Shown: piece after piece, positions 38,527 through 47,199 of the stretch | How the letters are laid out: every line of letters starts with the position of its first letter | Numbering within the stretch: the stretch's first letter is position 1 | Source: an uncultured delta proteobacterium | Lineage (GTDB): Bacteria > Myxococcota_A > UBA9160 > UBA4427 | Assembly (NCBI GenBank): GCA_963822965.1 | Contig: CAWGJT010000010.1 | Span: 64,001 to 128,000 of the forward strand | Reading direction: 5' to 3' | DNA: 64,000 nucleotides | Program-made: the position numbers and the translations under genes | Notes under the pieces: generated by a model | Database searches by the model: none | Seen by the model: only the letters and a program-made list of their open reading frames with translations | Told to the model about the DNA's origin: nothing

Positions 38527-40416
38527 ATGATGGAGTCTGCGGAGGGTCGAGGCGCCCGCGTGCGCGAGCTCGGGCGGGCGACGGCGGCTTCGGAAGAGCG
38601 GCTGCTCTGGATGCGTCTGCGGGACGCACCGAACGTCGGCGTCCTCCACGCGAGCTGGCTGGCCCTGCAGTGCCGCTTCCTGGACGGGTCACTCGCCGGA
38701 GCGCTCTTTCTGGAGGCTGGGCGCGACCGCGATCTGCGTCCCATCGCAACGTGGCCGAGCGAGAGCGCCAACGCGCCGCTCGAGCTGGCGGCGCGCCGGG
38801 CCCGGGACGAGGGGCACGGGATCGCGCTCGAGCTCGACGCGCCGGCTGCCGCGGCTGGCGATGCGCCGCGCTGCGTCGTCGCACAGCCGGTGCGTACCGC
38901 GGACGGAGGCCGGGGCGCCGTGGCGGTCGAGGTCGTCCGTCGTCCCGCCGAGGCGCTCGAGGGGATCGTGCGTCGACTGGCGTGGGGCACTGCGCGCCTC
39001 GAGCTCGAGGCGGAGCGGGCGCGGAGCGCGGTGGCCGGCCGCCTGGAGAGCCTGCTGCAGCTCGTGGCGGCTCCACTCGAGCACGACCGCTTCCGCACGG
39101 CGGCGACGGCTTTCGCCAGCGAGCTCGCCAGCCAGCTCGCTTGCGACCGGGTGAGCTTCGGCACCTTCGAGGGCCGGAGCGTGACGGTGCGGGCGGTCTC
39201 GCACAGCGCGCACTTCGCCGAGCGGGCGAATCTCACCCGGGCGGTGGAGGCGGCGATGAACGAGGCCCTCGATCAGGAGGGCATCGTCGTCTGGCCGCCG
39301 CCCGAGGACGATCTCCCGGGCGTGGCCCGGGGACTGATCACCCGGGCCCACGAGCGGCTCGCAGTCGAGTCCCGCGCGAGGAGCTTGTGCAGCGTTCCGC
39401 TCGCCCACGGCGGTCGCTTCTGTGGCGTCGTGACCTGCGAGCGGGGCGATGACAGGCCCTTCGACGCCGGGGAGGTCGAGCTCCTCGAGGCCGCTGTCGC
39501 CCTGGCAGGACCGCTCCTCGACATCCAGCGCCGCGACGATCGCTGGATCGGACCGAAGCTCCTCGACGCGGGGCGCAGGGGCGTGGGGGAGCTGCTCGGT
39601 CCGCGTCACCTCGGGGTCAAGCTGGTCGCGGGGCTCGCAGCCTGCGCGCTGCTGCTGCTCGTGCTCGCCAGCGGGGAGTTTCGCGTGAGCGCCGACGCCA
39701 GGCTCGAGGCGGAAGAGCTGCGCGCCGCGGTCGCGCCCTTCGATGGATACGTCCTCGAGGCGCCGGTGCGGGCGGGTGACACGGTCAAGGCCGGCGATCT
39801 GCTCGCGCGCCTCGACGACCGGGACCTCGTCCTCGAGCGAGCGCGTTGGCGCAGCGAGCTACTGCAGCTCGAGCCCCAGGTGCGAGAGGCCATGGCCAAT
39901 CGAAACGTCTCGGAGCTGCGCGCGCTCCAGGCACGCACCGACCAGGCTCGCGCGCAGCTCGCCCTGGCAGACGGTCGCCTGGCCAAGACCCGCCTCCTCG
40001 CGGCTTTCGACGGGGTGGTCGCGACGGGCGACCTCTCGCAGCGCCTCGGTGCACCGGTCAACCGCGGCGACGTGCTCTTCGAGGTGGCCCCGCTCGATGC
40101 CTATCGGTTGGCCCTCGAGGTCGACGAGAAGGACATCGAGGAGCTCCGCCCCGGCCAGCGCGGGGAGCTTCTCTTCACGGCGCTGCCCGGCCAGAGCCTC
40201 GGCTTCGAGGTCGAGACGATCACGCCGGTCTCGCAGGCAGGGGAAGGGCGAAACGCCTTCCGCGTCGAGGCGCGCCTCGACGAGACCCTACCTCGCCTGC
40301 GACCCGGGATGGAGGGCGTGGCCAAGGTGGAGATCGGCCGGCGCCGACTGCTGTGGATCTGGACGCGAGAGGCCGTCGACTCGTTCCGGCTGACCGCCTG
40401 GAGATGGCTGCCGTGA
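38527..40416 (+). CDS. GAF-domain-containing HlyD-family membrane fusion (periplasmic adaptor) protein
   Basis: GAF-like region (CDRVSFG, AMNEALDQE, LCSVPL...CGVVTCER); one TM; AVAPFDGYVLEAPVRAGDTVKAGDLLARLD lipoyl motif, coiled coil, LRPGMEGVAKV. Confidence 0.87.
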   Translation: MMESAEGRGARVRELGRATAASEERLLWMRLRDAPNVGVLHASWLALQCRFLDGSLAGALFLEAGRDRDLRPIATWPSESANAPLELAARRARDEGHGIALELDAPAAAAGDAPRCVVAQPVRTADGGRGAVAVEVVRRPAEALEGIVRRLAWGTARLELEAERARSAVAGRLESLLQLVAAPLEHDRFRTAATAFASELASQLACDRVSFGTFEGRSVTVRAVSHSAHFAERANLTRAVEAAMNEALDQEGIVVWPPPEDDLPGVARGLITRAHERLAVESRARSLCSVPLAHGGRFCGVVTCERGDDRPFDAGEVELLEAAVALAGPLLDIQRRDDRWIGPKLLDAGRRGVGELLGPRHLGVKLVAGLAACALLLLVLASGEFRVSADARLEAEELRAAVAPFDGYVLEAPVRAGDTVKAGDLLARLDDRDLVLERARWRSELLQLEPQVREAMANRNVSELRALQARTDQARAQLALADGRLAKTRLLAAFDGVVATGDLSQRLGAPVNRGDVLFEVAPLDAYRLALEVDEKDIEELRPGQRGELLFTALPGQSLGFEVETITPVSQAGEGRNAFRVEARLDETLPRLRPGMEGVAKVEIGRRRLLWIWTREAVDSFRLTAWRWLP

Positions 40417-40468
40417 GAGCGCTCCCGCGATCGGGCCGTCGTGAGGGGACCCTCGTGAGAGGACCGTC

Positions 40469-42616
40469 GTGAGAGAGCGCCTCTTCAGCGCCTCCTGGCA
40501 CCGGGTCGCGACGCTCCGGCCGCGCTTGCGCGCACACACCGAGGTGGGCCGTCAGCGCTATCGCGGTGAGGTCTGGTACGTGCTTCGGGATCCCTCGACC
40601 GACCGCTTCCATCGCTTCGGCGCCGACGCGCAACGGGTGATCGGGCTGATGGACGGACGACGCAGCGTGGCGGAGATCTGGGAGCAGGTCGCCGACGCCC
40701 TGGGCGACTCGGCGCCCACCCAGGACGAGCTGATCCGGCTGCTCGGGCAGCTGCACGCGGCCGACGTCCTGCAATGCGAGCTCTCCCCGGACGCCGCGGA
40801 GCTGTTCGATCGCTTCCGCAAGCAGCAGCGCCAGCAGGCCCTGGGGCGGCTGCTGAATCCCTTCGCCGTTCGCATCCATCTCTTCGATCCCGACCGCTTC
40901 CTCGCGCACACCCTGCCGCTGCTGCGGCCGCTCTTCGGTCGGGTCGCGTTGCTGGTGTGGCTGGCGGTGGTCGTGCCTGCCGCGATCGGCGTCGCGAGCC
41001 ACTGGTCGGAGCTCAGCGAGAACGCCCTCGATCGGCTCTTCACGCCGACGCAGATGCTGACCCTCTGGATCCTGTTCCCGATGATCAAGCTCTTCCACGA
41101 GCTCGGCCACGGCTACGCGGCGAGGGCGCAGGGCGGCGAGGTCCACGACATGGGCGTGATGTTCCTCGTCTTCAACCCGGTTCCCTACGTCGACGCGTCC
41201 TGCTCGTGGAGCTTTCCCAGCAAGTGGCGCCGGGCGGGGGTCGGCGCCGCCGGCATGCTCGTCGAGCTCTTTCTCGCGGCCCTGGCGTTCTACGTGTGGG
41301 TCTCGGCCGAGCCGGGTGCCGTGCGCGCCGTCGCCTACAACGTGCTGCTGATCGCGGGCACGACGACGCTCATCTTCAACGCGAACCCGCTGCTCCGCTT
41401 CGACGGCTACTACATCGCCTCCGACCTGCTCGAGATCCCGAACCTTCGCTCGCGCTCCACCGCGTTGGTGCTGTACCTGTGGGAGCGGCTCGCCTTCGGG
41501 GTGCGCGAGAGCGAAGCGCCCCGCACCGCGCCCGGCGAGGCCCCCTGGCTCGTCTTGTACGCGGTGGCGTCCCTGGTGTATCGCGCGATGATCGTCGTCG
41601 CGATCCTGCTCTTCGTGCTCGAGTGGAATCTCGCCCTGGGGCTGATCCTGGCCGCCGTGACCATCGCGGGCGGCCTGGGGAGGACGCTCTACCGAGGCGG
41701 ACGTTACCTGCTCACGAGCCCGCGGTTGCGCTACACGCGCTCCCGCGCGGTGGCCGTGAGCGCGACGCTCGTGGCCACCGCCGGGGTGCTCCTGCTGGCT
41801 CTGCCGCTGCCCCTGCGGACCCGCGCGGAGGGGGTGGTGTGGATGCCGGAGGAGGCGCTCGTGCGCGCGGGAACGGACGGCTTCATCGAGCGGGTGGTGG
41901 CGTCTCCGGGGTCGCAGGTGAACGCGGGCGACCCGCTGTTCGAGACGAGCGATCCCGACCTCGCGGCACAGCTCGCCTCGGCGCGGGCGAGGGTCGCGGA
42001 GCTGGAAGTGCGTCTCCAGGAGGCGCAGGTCGAAGAGCGCTCGCGTGCCCGGGTCGCCGCCGAGGTGCTGGACTACGAGCGGCAGCGTCTGGCGCGGCTC
42101 GTCGAGCGGTCCGGACGGCTCGTGGTGCGTGCAGCGATCGGAGGCGAGTTCGTGGTGCCGCGCCACCGCGATCTGCCGGGTCGCCACGTGCAGCAGGGCG
42201 AGCTGCTCGGCTACGTGCTCTCGCTCGACACCATCTCGGTGCGAGCGGTGGTCACCCAGCAAGAGGTCGACCTGGTTCGCGAGCGCACGAGGTCCGTAGC
42301 GGTCCGGCTGGCGGAGCGCCTCGAGGAGGTCTACCCCGCGACGATCCTGCGCACCGTCCCGGCGGCCAACGAGCGGCTTCCCAGCCCGGCGCTCGGGAGC
42401 GTCGGAGGGGGCCAGCTGCCCGTGGATCCGCGAGAGTCGCGCGGCGACCGGTCGGTGGAGTCGCTCTTCGAGGTGGAGCTCGACGTGGCGGCGGGCTCGC
42501 TTCCGGCAAACGGGGGCGGGCGCGTGTACGTCCAGTTCGACCACGGCGCCGAGCCGCTCGCATGGCAATGGACGCGACGGCTCCGCCAGGTGTTCCTCTC
42601 GAGGCTGCATGTCTAG
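40469..42616 (+). CDS. Fusion: PqqD/RRE-like N-domain + M50 (site-2) membrane metallopeptidase + HlyD-like adaptor
   Basis: N-terminal DGRRSVAEIW....LIRLLGQLHAADVL; HELGH zinc motif; NANPLLRFDGYY third-ligand motif; several TMs; C-terminal lipoyl/coiled-coil (VRAGTDGFIERVVASPGSQV.AGDPL). Confidence 0.87.
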   Translation: MRERLFSASWHRVATLRPRLRAHTEVGRQRYRGEVWYVLRDPSTDRFHRFGADAQRVIGLMDGRRSVAEIWEQVADALGDSAPTQDELIRLLGQLHAADVLQCELSPDAAELFDRFRKQQRQQALGRLLNPFAVRIHLFDPDRFLAHTLPLLRPLFGRVALLVWLAVVVPAAIGVASHWSELSENALDRLFTPTQMLTLWILFPMIKLFHELGHGYAARAQGGEVHDMGVMFLVFNPVPYVDASCSWSFPSKWRRAGVGAAGMLVELFLAALAFYVWVSAEPGAVRAVAYNVLLIAGTTTLIFNANPLLRFDGYYIASDLLEIPNLRSRSTALVLYLWERLAFGVRESEAPRTAPGEAPWLVLYAVASLVYRAMIVVAILLFVLEWNLALGLILAAVTIAGGLGRTLYRGGRYLLTSPRLRYTRSRAVAVSATLVATAGVLLLALPLPLRTRAEGVVWMPEEALVRAGTDGFIERVVASPGSQVNAGDPLFETSDPDLAAQLASARARVAELEVRLQEAQVEERSRARVAAEVLDYERQRLARLVERSGRLVVRAAIGGEFVVPRHRDLPGRHVQQGELLGYVLSLDTISVRAVVTQQEVDLVRERTRSVAVRLAERLEEVYPATILRTVPAANERLPSPALGSVGGGQLPVDPRESRGDRSVESLFEVELDVAAGSLPANGGGRVYVQFDHGAEPLAWQWTRRLRQVFLSRLHV

Positions 42617-44609
42617 CGGGCTCGCCGTTCCCGCCCGCGCCCGACTGCGGCGGCCGCTCCCGACCGGTGTCGTCCGGGGCGCCTACCCGGAGCGCCGGGA
42701 CGAGCCCGAGAGCGGCCTCGACGAGTGGCTTCGTCGCCTGACGGCTCCGGCAGCGCGGCGTTGGCGGGTGCGGCGGTCGGCGCCGCCGGACCTGTGCGCG
42801 CGAGTCGGTACCCATGCCGCAGAGCTGGCGGCGCTCTCGTCGTCGGCTCTTCGAGAGCAGGCCCGGGACGTCGGGCGGGACCTGCGCGTCGAGGGGCTGG
42901 GGGGCGACGCCGCGGTGCGTGCCGCTGCGCTCGTGCGGGAGGCCGCCTCGCGGGAGCTGGGCATGGCCCATCACGACGTCCAGCTCGTCGGCGGCTGGCT
43001 GATGCTTCAGGGATATCTCGCCGAGATGGACACCGGGGAGGGCAAGACCCTGACGGCGACGGTGCCGGCGGCGGTGGCCGGGCTCGCGGGGGTGCCGGTG
43101 CACGTCGTCACGGTCAACGAGTACCTCGCCCGGCGGGACGCCGAGACGATGCGCCCCGTCTACGAGGCGCTCGGGCTCTCGGTGGGGCTGGTCTGCGCCG
43201 ACCAGCCCCCGGACGCGAGACGCGCCGCCTACGCGTGCGACGTCACCTACTGCACGAACAAGGACCTGGTCTTCGACTACCTGCGGGACCGGGTCGCGAT
43301 CCGGGAGCAGGGAGGCGTGCGCCTGCGCGTCTCCCGGGTGGCGGGGAGGTCCGAGGCGAAGCTCCTGCATCGCGGCCTTCACTTCGCGATCGTCGACGAG
43401 GCGGACAGCGTCCTCGTCGACGAGGCCCGCACGCCGCTGATCCTGTCGCAGCGTTCCCAGGATGGGCGCGAGGAGGCACTCCATGCCGAAGCGCTGCGAC
43501 TGGCTCGCGAGCTGCAGCCCGGCACGCACTTCCGGGCTCGCGCCCGCGATCGCGACGTCGAGCTCCTGGCGGAGGGATCGCGGCATCTGGCCCGGATCGG
43601 CGAGGAGACGGGCGGCTTGTGGCGCGGGCGACGGCGGCGCGAGGCTCTCGTCTGTCAGGCCCTCGCGGCCCTCCACCTCTACCAGCGCGATCGCGACTAC
43701 ATCGTCGAGAACGACAAGGTCCAGATCGTGGACGAGTTCACGGGTCGCGTGATGCCCGATCGGTCGTGGGAGGACGGCCTCCACCAGATGATCGAGGTCA
43801 AGGAGGCGGTGGCACTCACCGGCCGCCAGCAGACGTTGGCCCGGATCAGCTATCAGCGCTTCTTCCGCCGCTATCTTCGGCTGGCCGGCATGACCGGAAC
43901 CGCAAGCGAGGCGGCTGCCGAGCTGTGGTCGGTCTATCGACTGCCGGTGGTGCGCGTCCCCACGCACCGGCCGAGCCAGCGCCGCGACCTCGGGGAGCGC
44001 ATCTTCGCGACCTCCGGCGAGCGCTGGGACGCGGTGGTCGAACGCGTGATGGTGCTGCGGGGCGAGCGCAGGGAAGGGCGGCCGGTGCTCGTGGGTACCC
44101 GCTCCGTCGCGGCCTCGGAGCTGCTCTCCGCCCGTCTGCGCGAGGCCGGCGTGCCGCATCGCGTCCTCAACGCGCGGCAGGACCAGGAGGAGGCGGAGAT
44201 CGTGGCGGGGGCGGGCGAGCCGGGCTGCGTCACGGTCTCGACGAACATGGCGGGACGCGGCACGGACATCCGGCTCGCTCCTGGGGTCGCCGACCGCGGC
44301 GGGCTGCACGTGATCGCGACCGAGCGCCACGAGGCGCGCCGCATCGATCGACAGCTCTTCGGCCGCTGCGGCCGGCAGGGCGATCCCGGGAGCCACGAGG
44401 TGATCGCCTCCCTCGAGGACGAGTTGCTTCTCGCCCACGGGCACGGCGCGCTGGCCTTCTGGCTCGGCGACGGCGAGAAGGGGCGCCGCTTGAAGATGCG
44501 CATGGCACAGGGCCGAGCCGAGCGCCTGCACGGGCGCATGCGACGCGACCTGCTCGCCTCCGATGCCCGGCTCGAGTCCCTGTTGGCGTTCTCGGGCCGC
44601 GGCGAGTGA
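42609..44609 (+). CDS. Accessory SecA-like (SecA_DEAD) ATPase lacking the C-terminal wing/scaffold
   Basis: EMDTGEGKT, VTVNEYLARRDA, VFDYLRD, IVDEADSVLVDEARTPLILS, GLHQMIEVKE, GMTGTA, TNMAGRGTDI, RIDRQLFGRCGRQGDPG; only 666 aa; ATG overlaps the upstream stop. Confidence 0.9.
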   Translation: MSSGLAVPARARLRRPLPTGVVRGAYPERRDEPESGLDEWLRRLTAPAARRWRVRRSAPPDLCARVGTHAAELAALSSSALREQARDVGRDLRVEGLGGDAAVRAAALVREAASRELGMAHHDVQLVGGWLMLQGYLAEMDTGEGKTLTATVPAAVAGLAGVPVHVVTVNEYLARRDAETMRPVYEALGLSVGLVCADQPPDARRAAYACDVTYCTNKDLVFDYLRDRVAIREQGGVRLRVSRVAGRSEAKLLHRGLHFAIVDEADSVLVDEARTPLILSQRSQDGREEALHAEALRLARELQPGTHFRARARDRDVELLAEGSRHLARIGEETGGLWRGRRRREALVCQALAALHLYQRDRDYIVENDKVQIVDEFTGRVMPDRSWEDGLHQMIEVKEAVALTGRQQTLARISYQRFFRRYLRLAGMTGTASEAAAELWSVYRLPVVRVPTHRPSQRRDLGERIFATSGERWDAVVERVMVLRGERREGRPVLVGTRSVAASELLSARLREAGVPHRVLNARQDQEEAEIVAGAGEPGCVTVSTNMAGRGTDIRLAPGVADRGGLHVIATERHEARRIDRQLFGRCGRQGDPGSHEVIASLEDELLLAHGHGALAFWLGDGEKGRRLKMRMAQGRAERLHGRMRRDLLASDARLESLLAFSGRGE

Positions 44610-44902
44610 CGTCTCCGTAGGGGCCTCGACGCCTCGACCCGGCCGGGGCCCCGGTCCGTCACCGGGCGGCTTTCGGTATGACGGTTCCCCGACACGAGAG
44701 CGCCTGAGCTGGTATACAAGGTGCGGCCGCGAAGGTCGATTCGCTTCGTGGGACGTCCCAGTGTGTGCCTTCTCGTGGCCGCCCCCCACCAGAGAGAGCC
44801 CCACCGGAGCCCGAACGGGCCACGGAAGTGGGTCCACGGAATGCGCCCAGACGGGCCATTCGAGTGGCCCGGACGCCGGATGCCGGTCGAGAGGAGCTCT
44901 CT

Positions 44903-45841
44903 GTGGGATTGCGGATTTCGGGCTGGGGCACGGCGCTTCCCGACAAGGTTCTGACGAACGCGGACCTGGAGGCGCAGCTCGACACGAGCGACGAGTGGAT
45001 CCGCAGCCGGACGGGCATCCGGGAGCGGCACATCGGAGACAAGACGGCCGTGCTGGCGATCGCCGCGGGCCGCCAGGCGCTCGAACGGGCCGGCTTCGAC
45101 CCGGCCTCCATCGATCTGCTGGTGCTCTGCACGACGACCCCCGACCAGACGGTGCCCGCGACCTCGGCACACGTGCACGAAGAGCTGGGCCTGGGCGGAG
45201 GCGCGTTCGACCTCAACGCCGCGTGCTCGGGCTTCGTCTACGGGCTCGTTACCGTCCAGGGGCTGCTGGCCGCCACGGGCGCCCGGCGCGTCCTGCTGAT
45301 CGGGGCCGAGGTGCTGAGCCGCATCACCGACTGGAGCGACCGGCGGACGGCGGTGCTCTTCGGCGACGGCGCCGGGGCTCTCGTGCTCACGGCCTGCGAC
45401 GACCGCGACTGTCAGCTGCTGTCTTCGGATCTCGGCGCCGACGGCGCGTCGCGGGCCATCCTGTACGCCGACCTCGGCGGCACCATACAGATGGACGGCC
45501 GGGAGGTCTTCAAACGCGCGGTGCGGGCGATGGTCGATTCCTCCAGGCGGGCGCTCGACCGTGCGGGCTACCGCGCGGACGAGGTCGCCCTCGTGGTGCC
45601 GCACCAGGCCAACCTGCGGATCATCGAGGCGGCCTGCAAGCGCCTGGGCATCGCGAAGGAGCGCGCCGCCATCGTCCTGGACCGGACGGGCAACACGTCC
45701 TCGGCGTCGATCCCGCTCGCCCTGGTGGACGCGATCCGGAGCCGGCGCGTCCGGGAGGGCGACCTGATCCTGCTCACCGGCTTCGGAGCCGGCATGACCT
45801 GGGGAAGCGCCGTGATCCGCTGGCGGGAGGTGCCGGGTTGA
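44903..45841 (+). CDS. fabH: 3-oxoacyl-ACP synthase III
   Basis: RBS GAGGAG + GTG 44903; DTSDEWIRSRTGIRER, AACSGF (Cys), PHQAN (His), GNTSSASIP (Asn), GFGAGMTWG. Confidence 0.9.
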   Translation: MGLRISGWGTALPDKVLTNADLEAQLDTSDEWIRSRTGIRERHIGDKTAVLAIAAGRQALERAGFDPASIDLLVLCTTTPDQTVPATSAHVHEELGLGGGAFDLNAACSGFVYGLVTVQGLLAATGARRVLLIGAEVLSRITDWSDRRTAVLFGDGAGALVLTACDDRDCQLLSSDLGADGASRAILYADLGGTIQMDGREVFKRAVRAMVDSSRRALDRAGYRADEVALVVPHQANLRIIEAACKRLGIAKERAAIVLDRTGNTSSASIPLALVDAIRSRRVREGDLILLTGFGAGMTWGSAVIRWREVPG

Positions 45842-47115
45842 AGACCGCGCGTCGCGTAGCGGTGACCGGCGCCGGCGTGGTCTCGGCCGTCGGAATCGGC
45901 CGGCAGGCGTTCTGGGCGGGGCTTCTCGCACCCCAGCCCGAGCCCGAGGGCCAGGGCGAGCGCCGCATCCACGACTTCGATCCGGCCCCGCTCTACGAGA
46001 ATCCCAAGCTGGCCCGCCGCGCCGACCGCTTCGAGCAGCTCGCCGTGGCGGCGGCCGTGGAGGCGCTCGAGCAGTCGGGCCTGCCCGGCGGCGACCCGGT
46101 GCGGACGGGTGTCGTGATCGGCACGGGCATCGGCGGTCTCGCCACCCAGGAAGCCGAGGTGGGCGTCCTGCTGCAGAAGGGCCCGCGCCGCGTCTCCCCC
46201 TTCATGGTCCCGATGATGATGCCGAATGCCGCGGCGGCGGCGGTGTCCATGCGCTTCGGCTTCCGGGGCCCGTGCGAGAGCCTCTCCACGGCCTGCGCGA
46301 CGGGCACCCATGCGATCGGATACGCGACCCGCCTCATCCAGTGGGGCCTGTGCGACGCGATCGTCGCCGGCGGCAGCGAGGCCGCCGTGACGCCCGTGGG
46401 CATCCAGGGCTTCGCCAACATGAAGGCGCTCTCGGGCGACGGGCGCTCGCGTCCCTTCGACGCCGCGCGCGACGGCTTCGTCCTGTCCGAGGGCGCCGGT
46501 GTGCTGGTGCTCGAAGCCTGGGACGGCGCGAAGGCCCGGGGCGCCCGGATCCTGGCGGAGGTGCTCGGCTCCGCGAGCGGCGCCGACGCGCATCACATCA
46601 CGGCGCCCGCGCCGGACGGCGCCGGTGCCGTGAGCTGCATGCAGCGCGCCATCGAGGACGCCGGCCTCACGCCGGACGCCATCGCCCAGATCAACGCCCA
46701 CGGCACCGGCACGCCGCTCAACGACGCCGCCGAGGCGCGCGCCATCGCGAAGGTATTCGGCCAGGGCTCCGAGAGAGGCTCCGAGAGAGGCTCCGAGAGA
46801 GGCTCCGAGAGAGGCTCCGAGAGAAGCTCCGAGAGAAGCCCCGGGAGGACCGGCCCCCCGGTCACCTCCACCAAGGGCGTCACCGGCCACGCCCTCGGTG
46901 CGGCCGGCGCGATGGAGGCGGTTGCCCTCGTGCTCAGCATGCAGCACCGCTTGATTCCGCCCACCGACGGCAACGATGCGCTCGATCCCGACCTGCCCGC
47001 CATCGACCTGGTGACCGGCGCCCCGCGGCCCTGGACCCCCGGTCCCGCCCTCTCGAGCTCGTTCGGCTTCGGGGGCCACAACGGCTGCCTGGTCTTCGGC
47101 CCGGGGGATTCCTGA
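45838..47115 (+). CDS. fabF: Beta-ketoacyl-ACP synthase II (FabF/FabB family)
   Basis: TTG start overlapping the fabH TGA; RVAVTGAG, TACATG (Cys), NAHGTGT (His), TKGVTGHALGAAG (His), SFGFGGHN. Confidence 0.85.
   Translation: MKTARRVAVTGAGVVSAVGIGRQAFWAGLLAPQPEPEGQGERRIHDFDPAPLYENPKLARRADRFEQLAVAAAVEALEQSGLPGGDPVRTGVVIGTGIGGLATQEAEVGVLLQKGPRRVSPFMVPMMMPNAAAAAVSMRFGFRGPCESLSTACATGTHAIGYATRLIQWGLCDAIVAGGSEAAVTPVGIQGFANMKALSGDGRSRPFDAARDGFVLSEGAGVLVLEAWDGAKARGARILAEVLGSASGADAHHITAPAPDGAGAVSCMQRAIEDAGLTPDAIAQINAHGTGTPLNDAAEARAIAKVFGQGSERGSERGSERGSERGSERSSERSPGRTGPPVTSTKGVTGHALGAAGAMEAVALVLSMQHRLIPPTDGNDALDPDLPAIDLVTGAPRPWTPGPALSSSFGFGGHNGCLVFGPGDS
46765..46836 (+). repeat. In-frame 12-bp tandem repeat GGCTCCGAGAGA (5 perfect + 1 variant) inside fabF
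   Basis: Directly visible; encodes (GSER)5-SSER. Confidence 0.95.
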
Positions 47116-47199
47116 TCTAGGAGCCTGACCCAAGACACCTCGTGCCGCCCCGACGCCGATGCATCGCCGCTGCCTGCGTTGCGCTGCGTCGCCGTAGGC

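Noticed and set aside
42609..44609. Housekeeping secA
   Set aside because: Too short, lacks the C-terminal domains, and is embedded in an accessory operon; gene symbol withheld
44563..45837. Long N-terminal extension of FabF (850-aa ORF)
   Set aside because: Off-frame overlap with fabH; the real start is TTG 45838 with an SD-like GGGAGG
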